This document shows, piece by piece, positions 36,175 through 46,308 of a stretch of DNA of 64,000 nucleotides; the first letter of the stretch is position 1; each line of letters opens with the position of its first letter. The stretch lies in assembly GCA_963812135.1 (NCBI GenBank), contig CAWETU010000001.1, forward strand, positions 448,001 to 512,000, in the 5' to 3' direction. The notes under the pieces were generated by a model. The model was not told the DNA's origin and searched no databases. It saw only the letters and a list, made by a program, of their open reading frames with translations. Source of the stretch: Vulcanimicrobiota bacterium. GTDB lineage: Bacteria > Vulcanimicrobiota > Vulcanimicrobiia > Eremiobacterales > Eremiobacteraceae. The translations under genes and the position numbers were made by a program.

Positions 36175-37397
36175 CTGGCGAGCGGCGAGCGCCGGACATG
36201 ACGCTGCTCATAGCGGCCGGACTGCTGACCGCGATCGGCGCGATCATGGTCTTCTCGGCATCGTCCGTCGTCGGCATCACCCGCTATCACGACGCGACGC
36301 ACTTCTTCAAACGCGAGATCATCTGGGTCGTGCTCGGTGCAGCCGCATGCTGGATCGGGATGAAGCTCGACTACGGCGCGCTGCGTCGCGCGGCGCCGTG
36401 GCTGCTCGGCGTCGCGGTCGTGCTGCTCGTCGGCGTGCTGTTCCCGCATTTCGGCACCATCGAAGGCGGCGCGCGCCGCTGGTACGAGTTCGGCCTGTTC
36501 TCGTTCGAACCGTCCGAGTTCGCAAAGGTCGCGCTGATCATCTTCTTGGCCAAGCTGTTGGCGGACCGCGAGGACAGCGCACGCGATTTCAGCGCGATCG
36601 GCTTCCCCGCGCTGTTCTGGGTCGGCGTGTGCTTCATGCTCGTGCTGCGCCAACCGGACCTCGGCACCGCGACGCTGTTCTTGATGATCGCCTTCGTCAT
36701 GCTGTTCGCCGCTGGTGCTCGCCTCAGCCACCTCGCGATCGGCGTTGCGGTCGCGGTGCCTGCGCTGCTCGCGTTCGTCTATGCGAGTCCGTACCGGCGC
36801 GCGCGCTTCACCGCGTTCTTAGACCCAAATGCGGATCCCAAAGGCACCGGCTATCACATCTTGCAGTCGCTCTATGGCTTGGGCTCGGGCGGGATCTTCG
36901 GCGTCGGCCTCGGCCAAAGCCGGCAGAAGTTCGGCTACCTGCCCGAGCAGTACACCGACTTCATCTATTCGGTGCTGGGCGAAGAGCTCGGCTTCATCGG
37001 CGCGGCGGCGGTCCTCGTGCTGTTCTTGCTTTTCGCATACCGTGGACTGCGCATCGCGATGAAGGCCGAAGACCGCTTCGGCTTCTTCCTCGCGGTCGGC
37101 ATCACCGCAGCGATCGCGCTGCAAGCCTTCATCAATATCGGCGTGGTGACGTCGACATGGCCCGTCACGGGCGTGCCGCTGCCGTTCATCAGCTACGGCG
37201 GCACGTCGCTGGTCATGAGCCTGTTCGGAGTCGGCCTGCTGGCCGGCATCTCGCGCGGTCGATCGCGGGCGGCGCTTGCAGCCGACGAACGCACGAGAGG
37301 ATCTCGCGGTGCGTATTCTGCTCACCGGCGGCGGCACGGGCGGTCACCTATACCCCGCGCTGTCACTAGCGCAGGCGCTCTCCGGCGCGCCCGCTGA
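36171..37397 (+). CDS. ftsW: SEDS peptidoglycan polymerase FtsW
   Basis: GARRW, PSEFAK, QPDLGT, GYH..QS...GSGG, LPEQYTDFI, GVPLPFISYGG; C-terminal tail overlaps murG by 89 bp. Confidence 0.95.
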   Translation: MTGERRAPDMTLLIAAGLLTAIGAIMVFSASSVVGITRYHDATHFFKREIIWVVLGAAACWIGMKLDYGALRRAAPWLLGVAVVLLVGVLFPHFGTIEGGARRWYEFGLFSFEPSEFAKVALIIFLAKLLADREDSARDFSAIGFPALFWVGVCFMLVLRQPDLGTATLFLMIAFVMLFAAGARLSHLAIGVAVAVPALLAFVYASPYRRARFTAFLDPNADPKGTGYHILQSLYGLGSGGIFGVGLGQSRQKFGYLPEQYTDFIYSVLGEELGFIGAAAVLVLFLLFAYRGLRIAMKAEDRFGFFLAVGITAAIALQAFINIGVVTSTWPVTGVPLPFISYGGTSLVMSLFGVGLLAGISRGRSRAALAADERTRGSRGAYSAHRRRHGRSPIPRAVTSAGALRRAR

Positions 37398-38523
37398 TCC
37401 CGGCGTCTGCTTGCCGGACGACGGCGAGCCACGCCTTGTCTTCCCCAACGACGCGCACGAAGTGCTCTTCGTCGGCACGCGTGGCGGGATGGAAACGGAG
37501 ATCGTCGCGCGCGCGAACGTACCCGCCGCGTACGTGCGCAGCCGGCCGCTTTCGCGCACGTCGCTGACCGCTGCGGCGGGCGGCGTCGCCGCCAACATGC
37601 TCGGCACCGGCGAAGCGATGCCGATCGTCCAGAAATTCAAACCGCACGTCGTGATCGCCACCGGCGGCTACGCAAGCGTGCCCGTCGTGATGGCCGCGGC
37701 TGCGTTGCGCGCATCGGGTTCGCTGCGCGGCACGAAGATCGTCTTGCTGGAGCCGAACGTGGAGCCCGGGCGCGCGAACCGCTTCATGGCACACGCTGCC
37801 AACGAGGTGTGGGGCGCGTTCGACGAGACAGCCGCGTTCTTCGGGCGCAAGTTCGTGACGACCGGCATTCCTGTGCGCGCGGAGATCTACGCGCGCCCGA
37901 CCCAGGTCGAAGCGCGGCGCAGCCTCGGGCTTGATCCCAAACTCATGACGGTGATCGTGTTCGGGGGAAGCCAGGGCGCACGCAGCATCAACGTGGCAGT
38001 GAGCGGCATGGTCGCGCGGCGCCGCTTGCCGCCCGACTTCCAGCTGCTCCACATCGCCGGCGAACGCGATTTCACGTGGATGGCCGCCGAGCGCAAAGTT
38101 GAGGCCAACACGAACCGCTATCAGCTCGTGCCGTACCTCGATCGCATGGAGCTCGCATACTCGGCGGCCGATGTCGCGGTCTGTCGCGCGGGCGCATCGA
38201 CGCTTGCCGAGCTCGCCGTCGTCGGTCTGCCGTCGATTCTCATCCCGTATCCGCACGCGACCGACGACCACCAGCGCAAGAACGCGGACGTGTTCGCGCG
38301 CCACAACGCGGCGCTGCTGATCGAGGACAAGAAGCTCGATTCGGATTCATTGTATTGGGCGCTCGTCGACGTGCTCACGCCCGACAAGCTCGCCGCGATG
38401 CGCTTCGGCGCCGCGTCCCTGTCGCACCCGCGTGCGCTGCAGACGATGATCGAGCGAATCGTCAAAGGCGAGATCGGCAAAAAACAGGCGCGCGTGGCCG
38501 CCAAGAAAAAGGCAGCCACATGA
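37309..38523 (+). CDS. murG: Lipid II GlcNAc transferase MurG
   Basis: TGGGTGGHLYP, TGGYAS.P, E.N..PG.AN, GGSQGA, RAGAST, HQ.KNA. Confidence 0.96.
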   Translation: MRILLTGGGTGGHLYPALSLAQALSGAPADPGVCLPDDGEPRLVFPNDAHEVLFVGTRGGMETEIVARANVPAAYVRSRPLSRTSLTAAAGGVAANMLGTGEAMPIVQKFKPHVVIATGGYASVPVVMAAAALRASGSLRGTKIVLLEPNVEPGRANRFMAHAANEVWGAFDETAAFFGRKFVTTGIPVRAEIYARPTQVEARRSLGLDPKLMTVIVFGGSQGARSINVAVSGMVARRRLPPDFQLLHIAGERDFTWMAAERKVEANTNRYQLVPYLDRMELAYSAADVAVCRAGASTLAELAVVGLPSILIPYPHATDDHQRKNADVFARHNAALLIEDKKLDSDSLYWALVDVLTPDKLAAMRFGAASLSHPRALQTMIERIVKGEIGKKQARVAAKKKAAT

Positions 38524-40451
38524 TCCACTCCGCCTCCATTATCTTCACGCTGTTGCTCGCGCTACCGCTCATGGCGCTCGCGTCCCCGGTGGACGTCGCT
38601 CCGTATCTGCAGATCAAGGGGCAAAGCGGACCATCGCTTTCGCCGGACGGCACGCGCGTGGCGTTCAGCTTCGCGAAATCGGGCGTCTCTCAGGTCTGGG
38701 TCGCGCCGCTCGCGGGCGGCGATCCCGTCGAGCTCACTCGCGGTCCGGAACGCGCGGACTTCAAAGCGTGGTCGCCCACGCGCGCCGACGAGATCCTCTT
38801 CGGCCGCGATCTCGGCGGCGACGAGAACTGGCAGATCTGGATGTCGCGTCCGCACGATACTAGCGAAGCGCCGTTCATCGACGAGCCCGGCGTCCGTCAC
38901 CTTTTCGGCGGCTATTCATTTAACGGCGACAAGATCGCGTTTGCCTCGAACCGGCGCAACCGCGAATTCTTCGACGTGTACACCGCGACCGGAGAATTTC
39001 TATACATCCTCAACCAGTCCGAGCACTGCGCCCACCCACCGTGCGGCCCGCTGCCGGCGCTGGAGTCGGCGCGCATGGTCATGCAGGGCGACGGCGACAA
39101 CCAGCCCATCGCGTGGTCGCATGACGGCAAGACCTTGCTCGTCAGCATGCGCAAAGATAACTTTAACAACGATCTGCTGCTCGTCGACCTCGATCACGAC
39201 ACGTACATGGGCCGGTTGCTGACCGCGCACCCAGGCAACGCGGATTTCGAGAGCTGCGCGTTTTCGGGCGACGACTCAAAGGTCTATTGCGTGAGCGACT
39301 ACGGCGGCCGCGAGCATCGCGGCAGAGCCGTCATCGATCTACGAGGCGGCGCGCCGATCCACTTCCTCCCCGATCCTGCGCACGATGTCGAGTCACTGAC
39401 CCTGTCGCGCGACGGATCGAAAATGGCCTACGTGCGCAACCGCGATGGCTACGGCGACCTCATCGCCGTCGACGTCGCGACCGATGCGGTCATCGCATCG
39501 CCGCACATGCCGGCGGGCGTCGTAGCATCGCCTGTGTTCTCGGCAAAGGGTGACAAGCTTGCGTTCGAGTTCTCAGGCCCTTCGCACCCGAGCGCGATCT
39601 GGACCTATGATTTTGCGACCAAACAGACGCAGCAGATCACCACGCCGGAGCTCGCGGGAATCGCGCCGAGCACGTTCGTCGAGCCGCAGCTCATCACGTA
39701 CAGGTCGTTCGACGGCCTGAGCGTGCCGGCGTGGTACTACAAACCGCGAGGCGCCTCCGGGAATCTGCCGGTCATCATCGACGTCCATGGCGGCCCGGAA
39801 GCGCAGGCGCGCCCAGCGTTCAATCCGATCATCCAATTCTTCCTCGCGAGCGGCTACGCGGTGCTCGTGCCGAACGTGCGCGGCAGTTTCGGCTATGGCA
39901 ACACCTATCTGCATCTCGCCGACGTGCGCAAGCGGCTTGACTCGGTCAAGGATCTACACGCCGCACATGACTGGCTGATCGCCCAAGGCGGCGCCGATCC
40001 CAAGCGCATCGCGCTTTACGGCGGCTCGTACGGCGGCTACATGGTGCTCGCCGGCCTCACCGAGTTTCCTGACGACTGGGCGGCCGGCGTCGACGTCGTC
40101 GGCATCTCCAATTTCGTCACGTTCCTTGAACACACGAGTCCGTACCGCCGCGCGAATCGCGAAGCCGTCTACGGATCGCTTGCGAACGACCGCCAGTTCC
40201 TCGACTCGATCTCACCGCTGAACCACGTCGACCGCATCAAGGCGCCGCTGATCATCTTCATGGGGCAGAACGATCCGCGCGTGCCCGCGTCCGAAGGCCA
40301 GCAGATGGCCGACGCGCTCAAGGCGAAAGGCGTGCCCGTCGAGCTGACCATTTTCCCGAACGAGGGCCACGGCATCGCGCGCGACGAGAACCGCATCACC
40401 GCCTACACGCAGATCGCGCAGTTCCTCGGCACGCATCTCGCCGTGCCGTAG
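38520..40451 (+). CDS. Secreted S9 family peptidase (dipeptidyl aminopeptidase/acylaminoacyl peptidase)
   Basis: Signal peptide; beta-propeller; VHGGP, PNVRGS.GYG, GGSYGG, NDPRVP, EGHG; ATGA overlap with murG. Confidence 0.93.
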   Translation: MIHSASIIFTLLLALPLMALASPVDVAPYLQIKGQSGPSLSPDGTRVAFSFAKSGVSQVWVAPLAGGDPVELTRGPERADFKAWSPTRADEILFGRDLGGDENWQIWMSRPHDTSEAPFIDEPGVRHLFGGYSFNGDKIAFASNRRNREFFDVYTATGEFLYILNQSEHCAHPPCGPLPALESARMVMQGDGDNQPIAWSHDGKTLLVSMRKDNFNNDLLLVDLDHDTYMGRLLTAHPGNADFESCAFSGDDSKVYCVSDYGGREHRGRAVIDLRGGAPIHFLPDPAHDVESLTLSRDGSKMAYVRNRDGYGDLIAVDVATDAVIASPHMPAGVVASPVFSAKGDKLAFEFSGPSHPSAIWTYDFATKQTQQITTPELAGIAPSTFVEPQLITYRSFDGLSVPAWYYKPRGASGNLPVIIDVHGGPEAQARPAFNPIIQFFLASGYAVLVPNVRGSFGYGNTYLHLADVRKRLDSVKDLHAAHDWLIAQGGADPKRIALYGGSYGGYMVLAGLTEFPDDWAAGVDVVGISNFVTFLEHTSPYRRANREAVYGSLANDRQFLDSISPLNHVDRIKAPLIIFMGQNDPRVPASEGQQMADALKAKGVPVELTIFPNEGHGIARDENRITAYTQIAQFLGTHLAVP

Positions 40452-40464
40452 CGACCGCGGCTGG

Positions 40465-41418
40465 CTAGTGGATGGCCAGCCCTGCCGTGTGGACGCTGCC
40501 GCCGAACGCCGCGATGGTGATGATCGTCGGAACGGGCGTGGTCGTGCTGAACGTCGAGGCTGCGTTCGGGAACAGGTACAGCATCGGATCCTGCAAGTTG
40601 CTCGCGTAAAGATTGCCGCTCGCGTCGAAGACGAGCTGTTCGCCGGTGAAGATCAACGTCACCGAATTGCCGAGATGCGTGCTGATCGGCCCGCCGCCGG
40701 CAGTTGGGGCGTTGAACCGATCGATGCTGCCGTCGTTCACGTTCACGGTATACAGGTTGCCCGAGGCGTCAAACGCGAGCCCGTTGGGCTGGCTGGACCC
40801 GGTGAGCGGCGTTCCCGTCGGCAACTGCCCGGTCGTGAAAGGCGGATTGAATATCTCGATCGCCCCCGAGCCAAAAACCGATTTCGACACGTACAGATTG
40901 CCCGCGGCGTCGAACGCGATACCGCCGGGAGCCGTGACGCTTGAAATCGTCACCACGGGCGCCGGGGTGATGGAGCCGCTGAACGGTCCGACGAATTCGT
41001 ACACTTTGTTGGTGCCGCCATCCCCGACCCACAGGTTCCCAGTCGCGTCGAACGCGATCGCAACAGGGTTCATGGAGCCGGGGATGTTGATGGTCGCGAA
41101 CGGCGTGCTGGCGCTGGTCAGCGGGAGCGTATAGCCCACCACCTCGGCGCTCGTTGCATCGTTGACCGCCCAAAGATTGCCTTGATGATCGAACGCCAGG
41201 CCCACCGGGAATTTCAATCCGGCCGGCGTGACCACCGACGTCGGAACGGAGCCGCCAGATAACGGCAGGGAGAAGATGGCGACTTGTGGGGTGCCGGTGA
41301 AGCCGCTGACGTAAATGGACTGCCCCGAGCCCGGCGGCGGCCCAGGATTGGTCGACGCGGCAGAACAGCCTATTGACGTCAGGATTATGATTCCGGCCAA
41401 GAGCCACAAGCGCTTCAT
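40465..41418 (-). CDS. NHL/beta-propeller repeat lipoprotein
   Basis: Lipobox SIGC; five to six repeats of P.G(L/I)AFD..GNL(W/Y). Confidence 0.8.
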   Translation of the reverse strand: MKRLWLLAGIIILTSIGCSAASTNPGPPPGSGQSIYVSGFTGTPQVAIFSLPLSGGSVPTSVVTPAGLKFPVGLAFDHQGNLWAVNDATSAEVVGYTLPLTSASTPFATINIPGSMNPVAIAFDATGNLWVGDGGTNKVYEFVGPFSGSITPAPVVTISSVTAPGGIAFDAAGNLYVSKSVFGSGAIEIFNPPFTTGQLPTGTPLTGSSQPNGLAFDASGNLYTVNVNDGSIDRFNAPTAGGGPISTHLGNSVTLIFTGEQLVFDASGNLYASNLQDPMLYLFPNAASTFSTTTPVPTIITIAAFGGSVHTAGLAIH

Positions 41419-41598
41419 TGAACGAGTCTCCCTACTAGTGGACGATCGCACAAAGCGACGGGAACGCAGAGCCGCGCCGTTCCCCGCGTTGGGTACACGA
41501 GTCCTGGCGAGACGACGGCTGATCGAGGTATCAGACTGCGCTCGCTCACACTCGAAGCAAAGGGGCCGAATGCCGGGACACCTAAATCAACAGTCCGG

Positions 41599-43017
41599 AT
41601 GATAACGTACCGACACGTGCATTTCGTCGGCATCGGCGGCGTCGGCATGAGCGCGATCGCGCGCGTGCTGATCGCAATGGGCATCACCGTTTCCGGTTCC
41701 GATCTCAAAACGACGAATACGCTTGAAAAATTGCGCGCGCTCGGCGCGCAGGTGCATCTCGGCCACGGTTCGGGCAACATTAAAGGCGCGGACGCCGTCG
41801 TCATCTCATCCGCCATCCCGCAAGACAATCCTGAAGTCATCGCCGCGCAACGCACGGGTGTGCCCGTGCTCCAGCGCGCGGAGATGCTCGCGCAGATCAT
41901 GGCGGACAAGCGTGCGGTCGCGGTGTCCGGCACGCACGGCAAGACGACCACGACGTCGATGATCTCGCTCGTGCTCGATGCGGGCGGTTTCGAATCGACC
42001 GTGCTCATCGGCGGCGAGGTCAACGATCTCGGCGCGAACGCGCGGCTCGGCAGCGGCGACGTGGTTGTCGCGGAAGCTGACGAAAGCGACGCGTCGTTCC
42101 TGCGCCTCACGCCCACCTGTGCCGTCGTCACTAATATCGAGAACGACCATCTCGGCTACTATCGCGATCTCGAGCACCTCATCGACACGTTCTCGTTGTT
42201 CATCAATCGCGTGCCGCCCAATGGCAGCATCGTCGCGTCAGCGGATTGCCCAGCCGTCAACGAACTCATCCGGCGCTTCTACGAATCGCCGAAACTGCTC
42301 GGCGATCCCAAGATCGTCACCGCGGGTTTCGACGCCGCCGCGGACGTGCGCGCCGACAGCGTGCGCCTCGCCGACTTCGGCTCGGTCTTCGACGCATTTC
42401 AGAAAGGCCAGCTGCTCGGCGAAGTCCGGCTGCGCGTGCCCGGCCGCATCAACGTGCACAACGCGCTGTGCGCGCTCGCCGTCGGCCTCGAGTTCGGCGT
42501 GCCGTTCGACCGCATCGTGCATGCGCTCGGAAGGTTCCGCGGCGTCGCGCGCCGCTTTCAGATCTTGTACGATAGCGACGCGCTCAAGATCGTCGATGAT
42601 TACGCGCATCACCCGACCGCCGTCCAAGAGACAATCGCGGCGGCGCGCGCGTATTGGGCCGGGCACATCGTGGTCGCGTTCCAGCCGCACCGCTACAGCC
42701 GCACGGCGTATCTGTTCCGCGATTTCGCGCACGCGCTGCTCGGCGCCGATGAGATCATCGTCACGGATATCTACGCCGCGGGTGAGGTGCCGCTGCCCGG
42801 CGTGCGCGCCGAGTCGATCGTCGAGTGCGTGCGCGACCTCGACGCTGCCAAACGCGTCACCTATCTGCCCAAAGCCGCAGACGTGCTCGCGTACCTGCAA
42901 CGCACGCTCGGATCCGGCGACCTGGCGCTCACGCTCGGCGCCGGCGACATCGGCGGTGTCGCCCACGAACTTGCGGCCAGTCTGTCGGCCGCCGACGCCG
43001 GCATCGGTTCCGTCTAA
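41599..43017 (+). CDS. murC: UDP-MurNAc:L-Ala ligase
   Basis: HFVGIGGVGMS, GTHGKTTT, EADESD, DDYAHHPT, FQPHRYSR. Confidence 0.98.
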   Translation: MITYRHVHFVGIGGVGMSAIARVLIAMGITVSGSDLKTTNTLEKLRALGAQVHLGHGSGNIKGADAVVISSAIPQDNPEVIAAQRTGVPVLQRAEMLAQIMADKRAVAVSGTHGKTTTTSMISLVLDAGGFESTVLIGGEVNDLGANARLGSGDVVVAEADESDASFLRLTPTCAVVTNIENDHLGYYRDLEHLIDTFSLFINRVPPNGSIVASADCPAVNELIRRFYESPKLLGDPKIVTAGFDAAADVRADSVRLADFGSVFDAFQKGQLLGEVRLRVPGRINVHNALCALAVGLEFGVPFDRIVHALGRFRGVARRFQILYDSDALKIVDDYAHHPTAVQETIAAARAYWAGHIVVAFQPHRYSRTAYLFRDFAHALLGADEIIVTDIYAAGEVPLPGVRAESIVECVRDLDAAKRVTYLPKAADVLAYLQRTLGSGDLALTLGAGDIGGVAHELAASLSAADAGIGSV

Positions 43018-43914
43018 GTGCTGAACGACGCGCAACGCGCCGCGTTGAAGAGTACGCTCGGCAAGAGCGTCGAGTTCGACGTGCCGCTGGCGCCGAAAAC
43101 CTCGATGAAAGTCGGTGGACCGGCCGCAGCGCACGCCGAGATCAGCAGCATCGTGACGCTGACCGCCGCGTTGAGCCTGTGCGAACAGCACCAGATCCCA
43201 TGGACGATCATCGGATTCGGCAGCAACCTGCTCGTGCCCGACGAGGGATACCCCGGCCTCGTCGTCAGGCTCGTCGGCGACTTCACCAAAGTGAGCATCA
43301 ACGGCACGCGCGTGCGTGCGGGCGGTGCGACGCCCGTCGTGTCGCTGTGCCGCGAAGCCGCGCTCGCCGGCCTTTCGGGAGCGGAGGGTCTGGTCGGCAT
43401 CCCCGGCACGGTCGGCGGAGCGGTGCGCATGAACGCCGGCACCGACGTCGAGATCGGCGACGTCGTCACCCGCGTCGAGGTGCTCGTCGCAGGCGAGAAG
43501 CTGCAAACATTCACAACGCCCGAATTCTCCTATCGCCGTTCGTCGCTCGACCGGCGCGCGGTGGTCACCGCCGCCGAGCTCGAACTCAAGCCCGGCGATC
43601 CCGCCGAGGTGCAAGCCGAGCTCAAACGGCGCATCACCAAGCGCAATTCGACGCAGCCGCTCGAATTGCCCAACTCCGGCAGCATCTTCCGCAATCCGCC
43701 CGGTGACTTCGCCGCGCGGCTCATCGAGACGACGGGTTGCAAAGGCTGGCACTGGGGCGGCGCCGAGGTGTCCGACAAACACGCCAACTTCATCGTCAAT
43801 CGCGGCAACGCGACGTGCGCCGACGTGCTCGCGCTCGTCGAGCGGGTGCGCGAAGCGGTCAAAGCCAAACACGGCGTCGAACTGGAGCTTGAAGTGCACG
43901 TCCTCAAGGCGTGA
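43018..43914 (+). CDS. murB: UDP-N-acetylenolpyruvoylglucosamine reductase
   Basis: VGGPA, G.GSNLL, GIPGTVGGAVRMNAG, QP...PNSGSIFRNP, KHANFIVN, LELEV. Confidence 0.97.
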   Translation: MLNDAQRAALKSTLGKSVEFDVPLAPKTSMKVGGPAAAHAEISSIVTLTAALSLCEQHQIPWTIIGFGSNLLVPDEGYPGLVVRLVGDFTKVSINGTRVRAGGATPVVSLCREAALAGLSGAEGLVGIPGTVGGAVRMNAGTDVEIGDVVTRVEVLVAGEKLQTFTTPEFSYRRSSLDRRAVVTAAELELKPGDPAEVQAELKRRITKRNSTQPLELPNSGSIFRNPPGDFAARLIETTGCKGWHWGGAEVSDKHANFIVNRGNATCADVLALVERVREAVKAKHGVELELEVHVLKA

Positions 43915-44855
43915 GCGGGGGTCGGGTGGGCAAACCGAGGATCGCCGTCGTCACCGGCGGCGATTCCGCCGAACGCGAGATCAGCCTGCAGACCGGCGCA
44001 GGCGTCGCGGCCGCGCTCACGGAGCTCGGTTATCCGAGCATCACCCTCGACTTCGACAAGAACATCGTCGACGCGCTGCGCGAGCAGCGCCCTGACGCGA
44101 TCTTCAACGCGCTGCATGGCGGCACGGGTGAAGACGGCACGTTGCAAGCGATCTTGGATTGGCTGCGCATCCCCTATCAGGGTTCCGGCGCGCGCGCGAG
44201 CGCCCTGGCCATGGATAAGTGGATCACCAAAGCGGTCGCGCGTTCGCTCGACATCCCGGTGCCGCGCGGCGTCTTGCTCGACGCGAGCGCGGGCGAAGCC
44301 GACGCGATACCGGAAATGCCCGGACTGCCGTGCGTCGTCAAACCGGTCGCGCAAGGTTCCGCGGTCGGCGTCAACATCGTGCACTTCCCCGAGCAGTTTT
44401 CGGCAGCGGTTCGCGAGGCGGCCGCGTTCGATCACGCGATCATCGTCGAAGAGTATGTCGAGGGACGCGAATTCACGGTCGCCGTTTTGGCAGACCAGAC
44501 GTTACCGGTGGTCGAGATCGTGCCGCACGACGATTTCTACACGTATCACGCCAAGTACACGGCCGGCGCGAGCACGCACGTGGTGCCTGCCGACCTGCCC
44601 GAGCACGTGTCGGCCCGCATGGCGGCGCACGCCACGCGTTTGCATCGCGCGCTCGGCTGCCGTGATTATTCGCGAGTGGACGTGTTGATGTCGGTCACCA
44701 ATTCGATGTACGTGCTCGAATGCAACACGCTGCCTGGGCTCACGCCGCTCAGCCTGTTCCCGGAAGCGGCAGCCGCAGCGGGCATCACGTACGGCGCCCT
44801 CATCGAGCGCCTTGTTCACGCGGCGTTGTCGCGGGCGGGAGTCGGCGCGTCATGA
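43911..44855 (+). CDS. ddl: D-Ala-D-Ala ligase
   Basis: GG.SAEREISL, LHGG.GEDG, MDK, VKP..QGS.VG, Y.Y.AKY omega loop, E.NTLPG.T..S. Confidence 0.96.
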   Translation: MSGGRVGKPRIAVVTGGDSAEREISLQTGAGVAAALTELGYPSITLDFDKNIVDALREQRPDAIFNALHGGTGEDGTLQAILDWLRIPYQGSGARASALAMDKWITKAVARSLDIPVPRGVLLDASAGEADAIPEMPGLPCVVKPVAQGSAVGVNIVHFPEQFSAAVREAAAFDHAIIVEEYVEGREFTVAVLADQTLPVVEIVPHDDFYTYHAKYTAGASTHVVPADLPEHVSARMAAHATRLHRALGCRDYSRVDVLMSVTNSMYVLECNTLPGLTPLSLFPEAAAAAGITYGALIERLVHAALSRAGVGAS

Positions 44856-45544
44856 CAAGCTCGCGCAAGCCGATCCGCGTCGTGTTGTTCGATCTCGACG
44901 GAACTTTGATCGACTCGACCGAGCTGATCGTCGCGTCCTTTGATCACACATATCGCAAACTCGGACGCGTGATGACCTTGGAGAACATCAACGCGGATCT
45001 CGGGATGCCGCTGCGCGACACGCTGCGCCGCTATTTCAGTGGCGCCGATCTCGAGCGCGCGATGCAGACCTACCTCGAGTACAACCTCGAGCGGCACGAC
45101 GCCAGCGTCCGTCAGATGGCGGGGGTCGCGGAGCTCGTCCACCGCCTCAAGGAAGCGGGACTGCGCCTGGGCGTGGTGACGTCTAAATTGAGGGACACTG
45201 CGCTGCGCGGGCTGACGCTGTGTCACCTGGACCGCCCTTTCGAAGTAGTAGTGGCCAAGGAAGACACCGCCCGGCACAAGCCGGAGAGCGAACCGCTTAT
45301 CTATGCGCTTGCTTCGTTCGAAGCGGAGGGAGCCGAGTGCGCGTACGTCGGCGACACGCCGCTGGATGTCGAGGCGGCTCGAGGCGCCGGCGTGCGCCCG
45401 GTGGCAGCCTTGTGGCGTCCCGTGCCGGCCGAGGCGTTCGCGCAGTGGCCCCCGGACGCGTATGCGAAGACGCCGCAAGAAGCCGCCGATATCTTAGAGA
45501 GCTGGCGCACGAACGCATCGGATGAAATAGAAGAGGCGATGTAG
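44852..45544 (+). CDS. HAD-IA hydrolase (PpaX-like)
   Basis: LFDLDGTLIDS, GVVTSK, HKP..EP, YVGD...D; ATGA overlap with ddl. Confidence 0.88.
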   Translation: MTSSRKPIRVVLFDLDGTLIDSTELIVASFDHTYRKLGRVMTLENINADLGMPLRDTLRRYFSGADLERAMQTYLEYNLERHDASVRQMAGVAELVHRLKEAGLRLGVVTSKLRDTALRGLTLCHLDRPFEVVVAKEDTARHKPESEPLIYALASFEAEGAECAYVGDTPLDVEAARGAGVRPVAALWRPVPAEAFAQWPPDAYAKTPQEAADILESWRTNASDEIEEAM

Positions 45545-45579
45545 TCTCGCGCTCACGGGCGCGCAGACGAAGACTGACG

Positions 45580-46308
45580 ATGGGACTTCTCAACTTCATA
45601 GCCTGGCTCATCAACGGCAACCAGAACCAGACGGTGCGCATGTGGACGAGCGATGACGTAGACCTTCCGCCGGATGCGTTCTCGGGCGACGCCGGCGCGA
45701 TGGCTGCGCTGCAAAAGCCGAGCACGCCGATGTGGCAGCAGGCCAAAGATCAGATCGCATCGCTTGAGAAGATCGATCCGGATTTCTCAGACGTCGCGTT
45801 CCTCGAACAAGCGACCAAGACGTATCTCGCGGCGCAGAACGCTGAGAACAACATGGACCCGTCGGCCCTTGGCGACAGCGCGACGCAGCAGTTCGCCGAT
45901 CAGCTCGGACAAAACGTGGCGCAGTGGAAAGGCGCCGGTCTGGTACGCCATGTGAGCGACGTGAAGCTCGACGCGCCGCTCATCTTCAAGGTCTCGGTCG
46001 ACGGCATGCAGCAGCTGATCACGGTGCGTTTCACGGGCCAAGCGCTTCGTTACACCGCCGATGACGCGAACTGCGTCGTCACCGACGGCAGCAAGCAGCC
46101 GAACTATTTCACGGAGTTCGCCGTGTTCGTGCGACCCGCAGGGACGACCACGCCGAAGACCGTCGGGGAGGGCGCGCCCGCGCACTGCCAAGGCTGCGGA
46201 GCCCCGGTGGAGCCGGGCGTCACGGTGTGCCCGTACTGCCACACGCCGCTGACCGGCACGGGCGCGAATTGGCAGATCGACCGGCTGAGCGCGTCGCCTT
46301 ACACTTAA
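45580..46308 (+). CDS. TIM44-like domain protein with C-terminal zinc ribbon
   Basis: DPDFS...FL..A...Y, ITVRF, F.E...F.R, then C.GCGAP......CPYC. Confidence 0.75.
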   Translation: MGLLNFIAWLINGNQNQTVRMWTSDDVDLPPDAFSGDAGAMAALQKPSTPMWQQAKDQIASLEKIDPDFSDVAFLEQATKTYLAAQNAENNMDPSALGDSATQQFADQLGQNVAQWKGAGLVRHVSDVKLDAPLIFKVSVDGMQQLITVRFTGQALRYTADDANCVVTDGSKQPNYFTEFAVFVRPAGTTTPKTVGEGAPAHCQGCGAPVEPGVTVCPYCHTPLTGTGANWQIDRLSASPYT

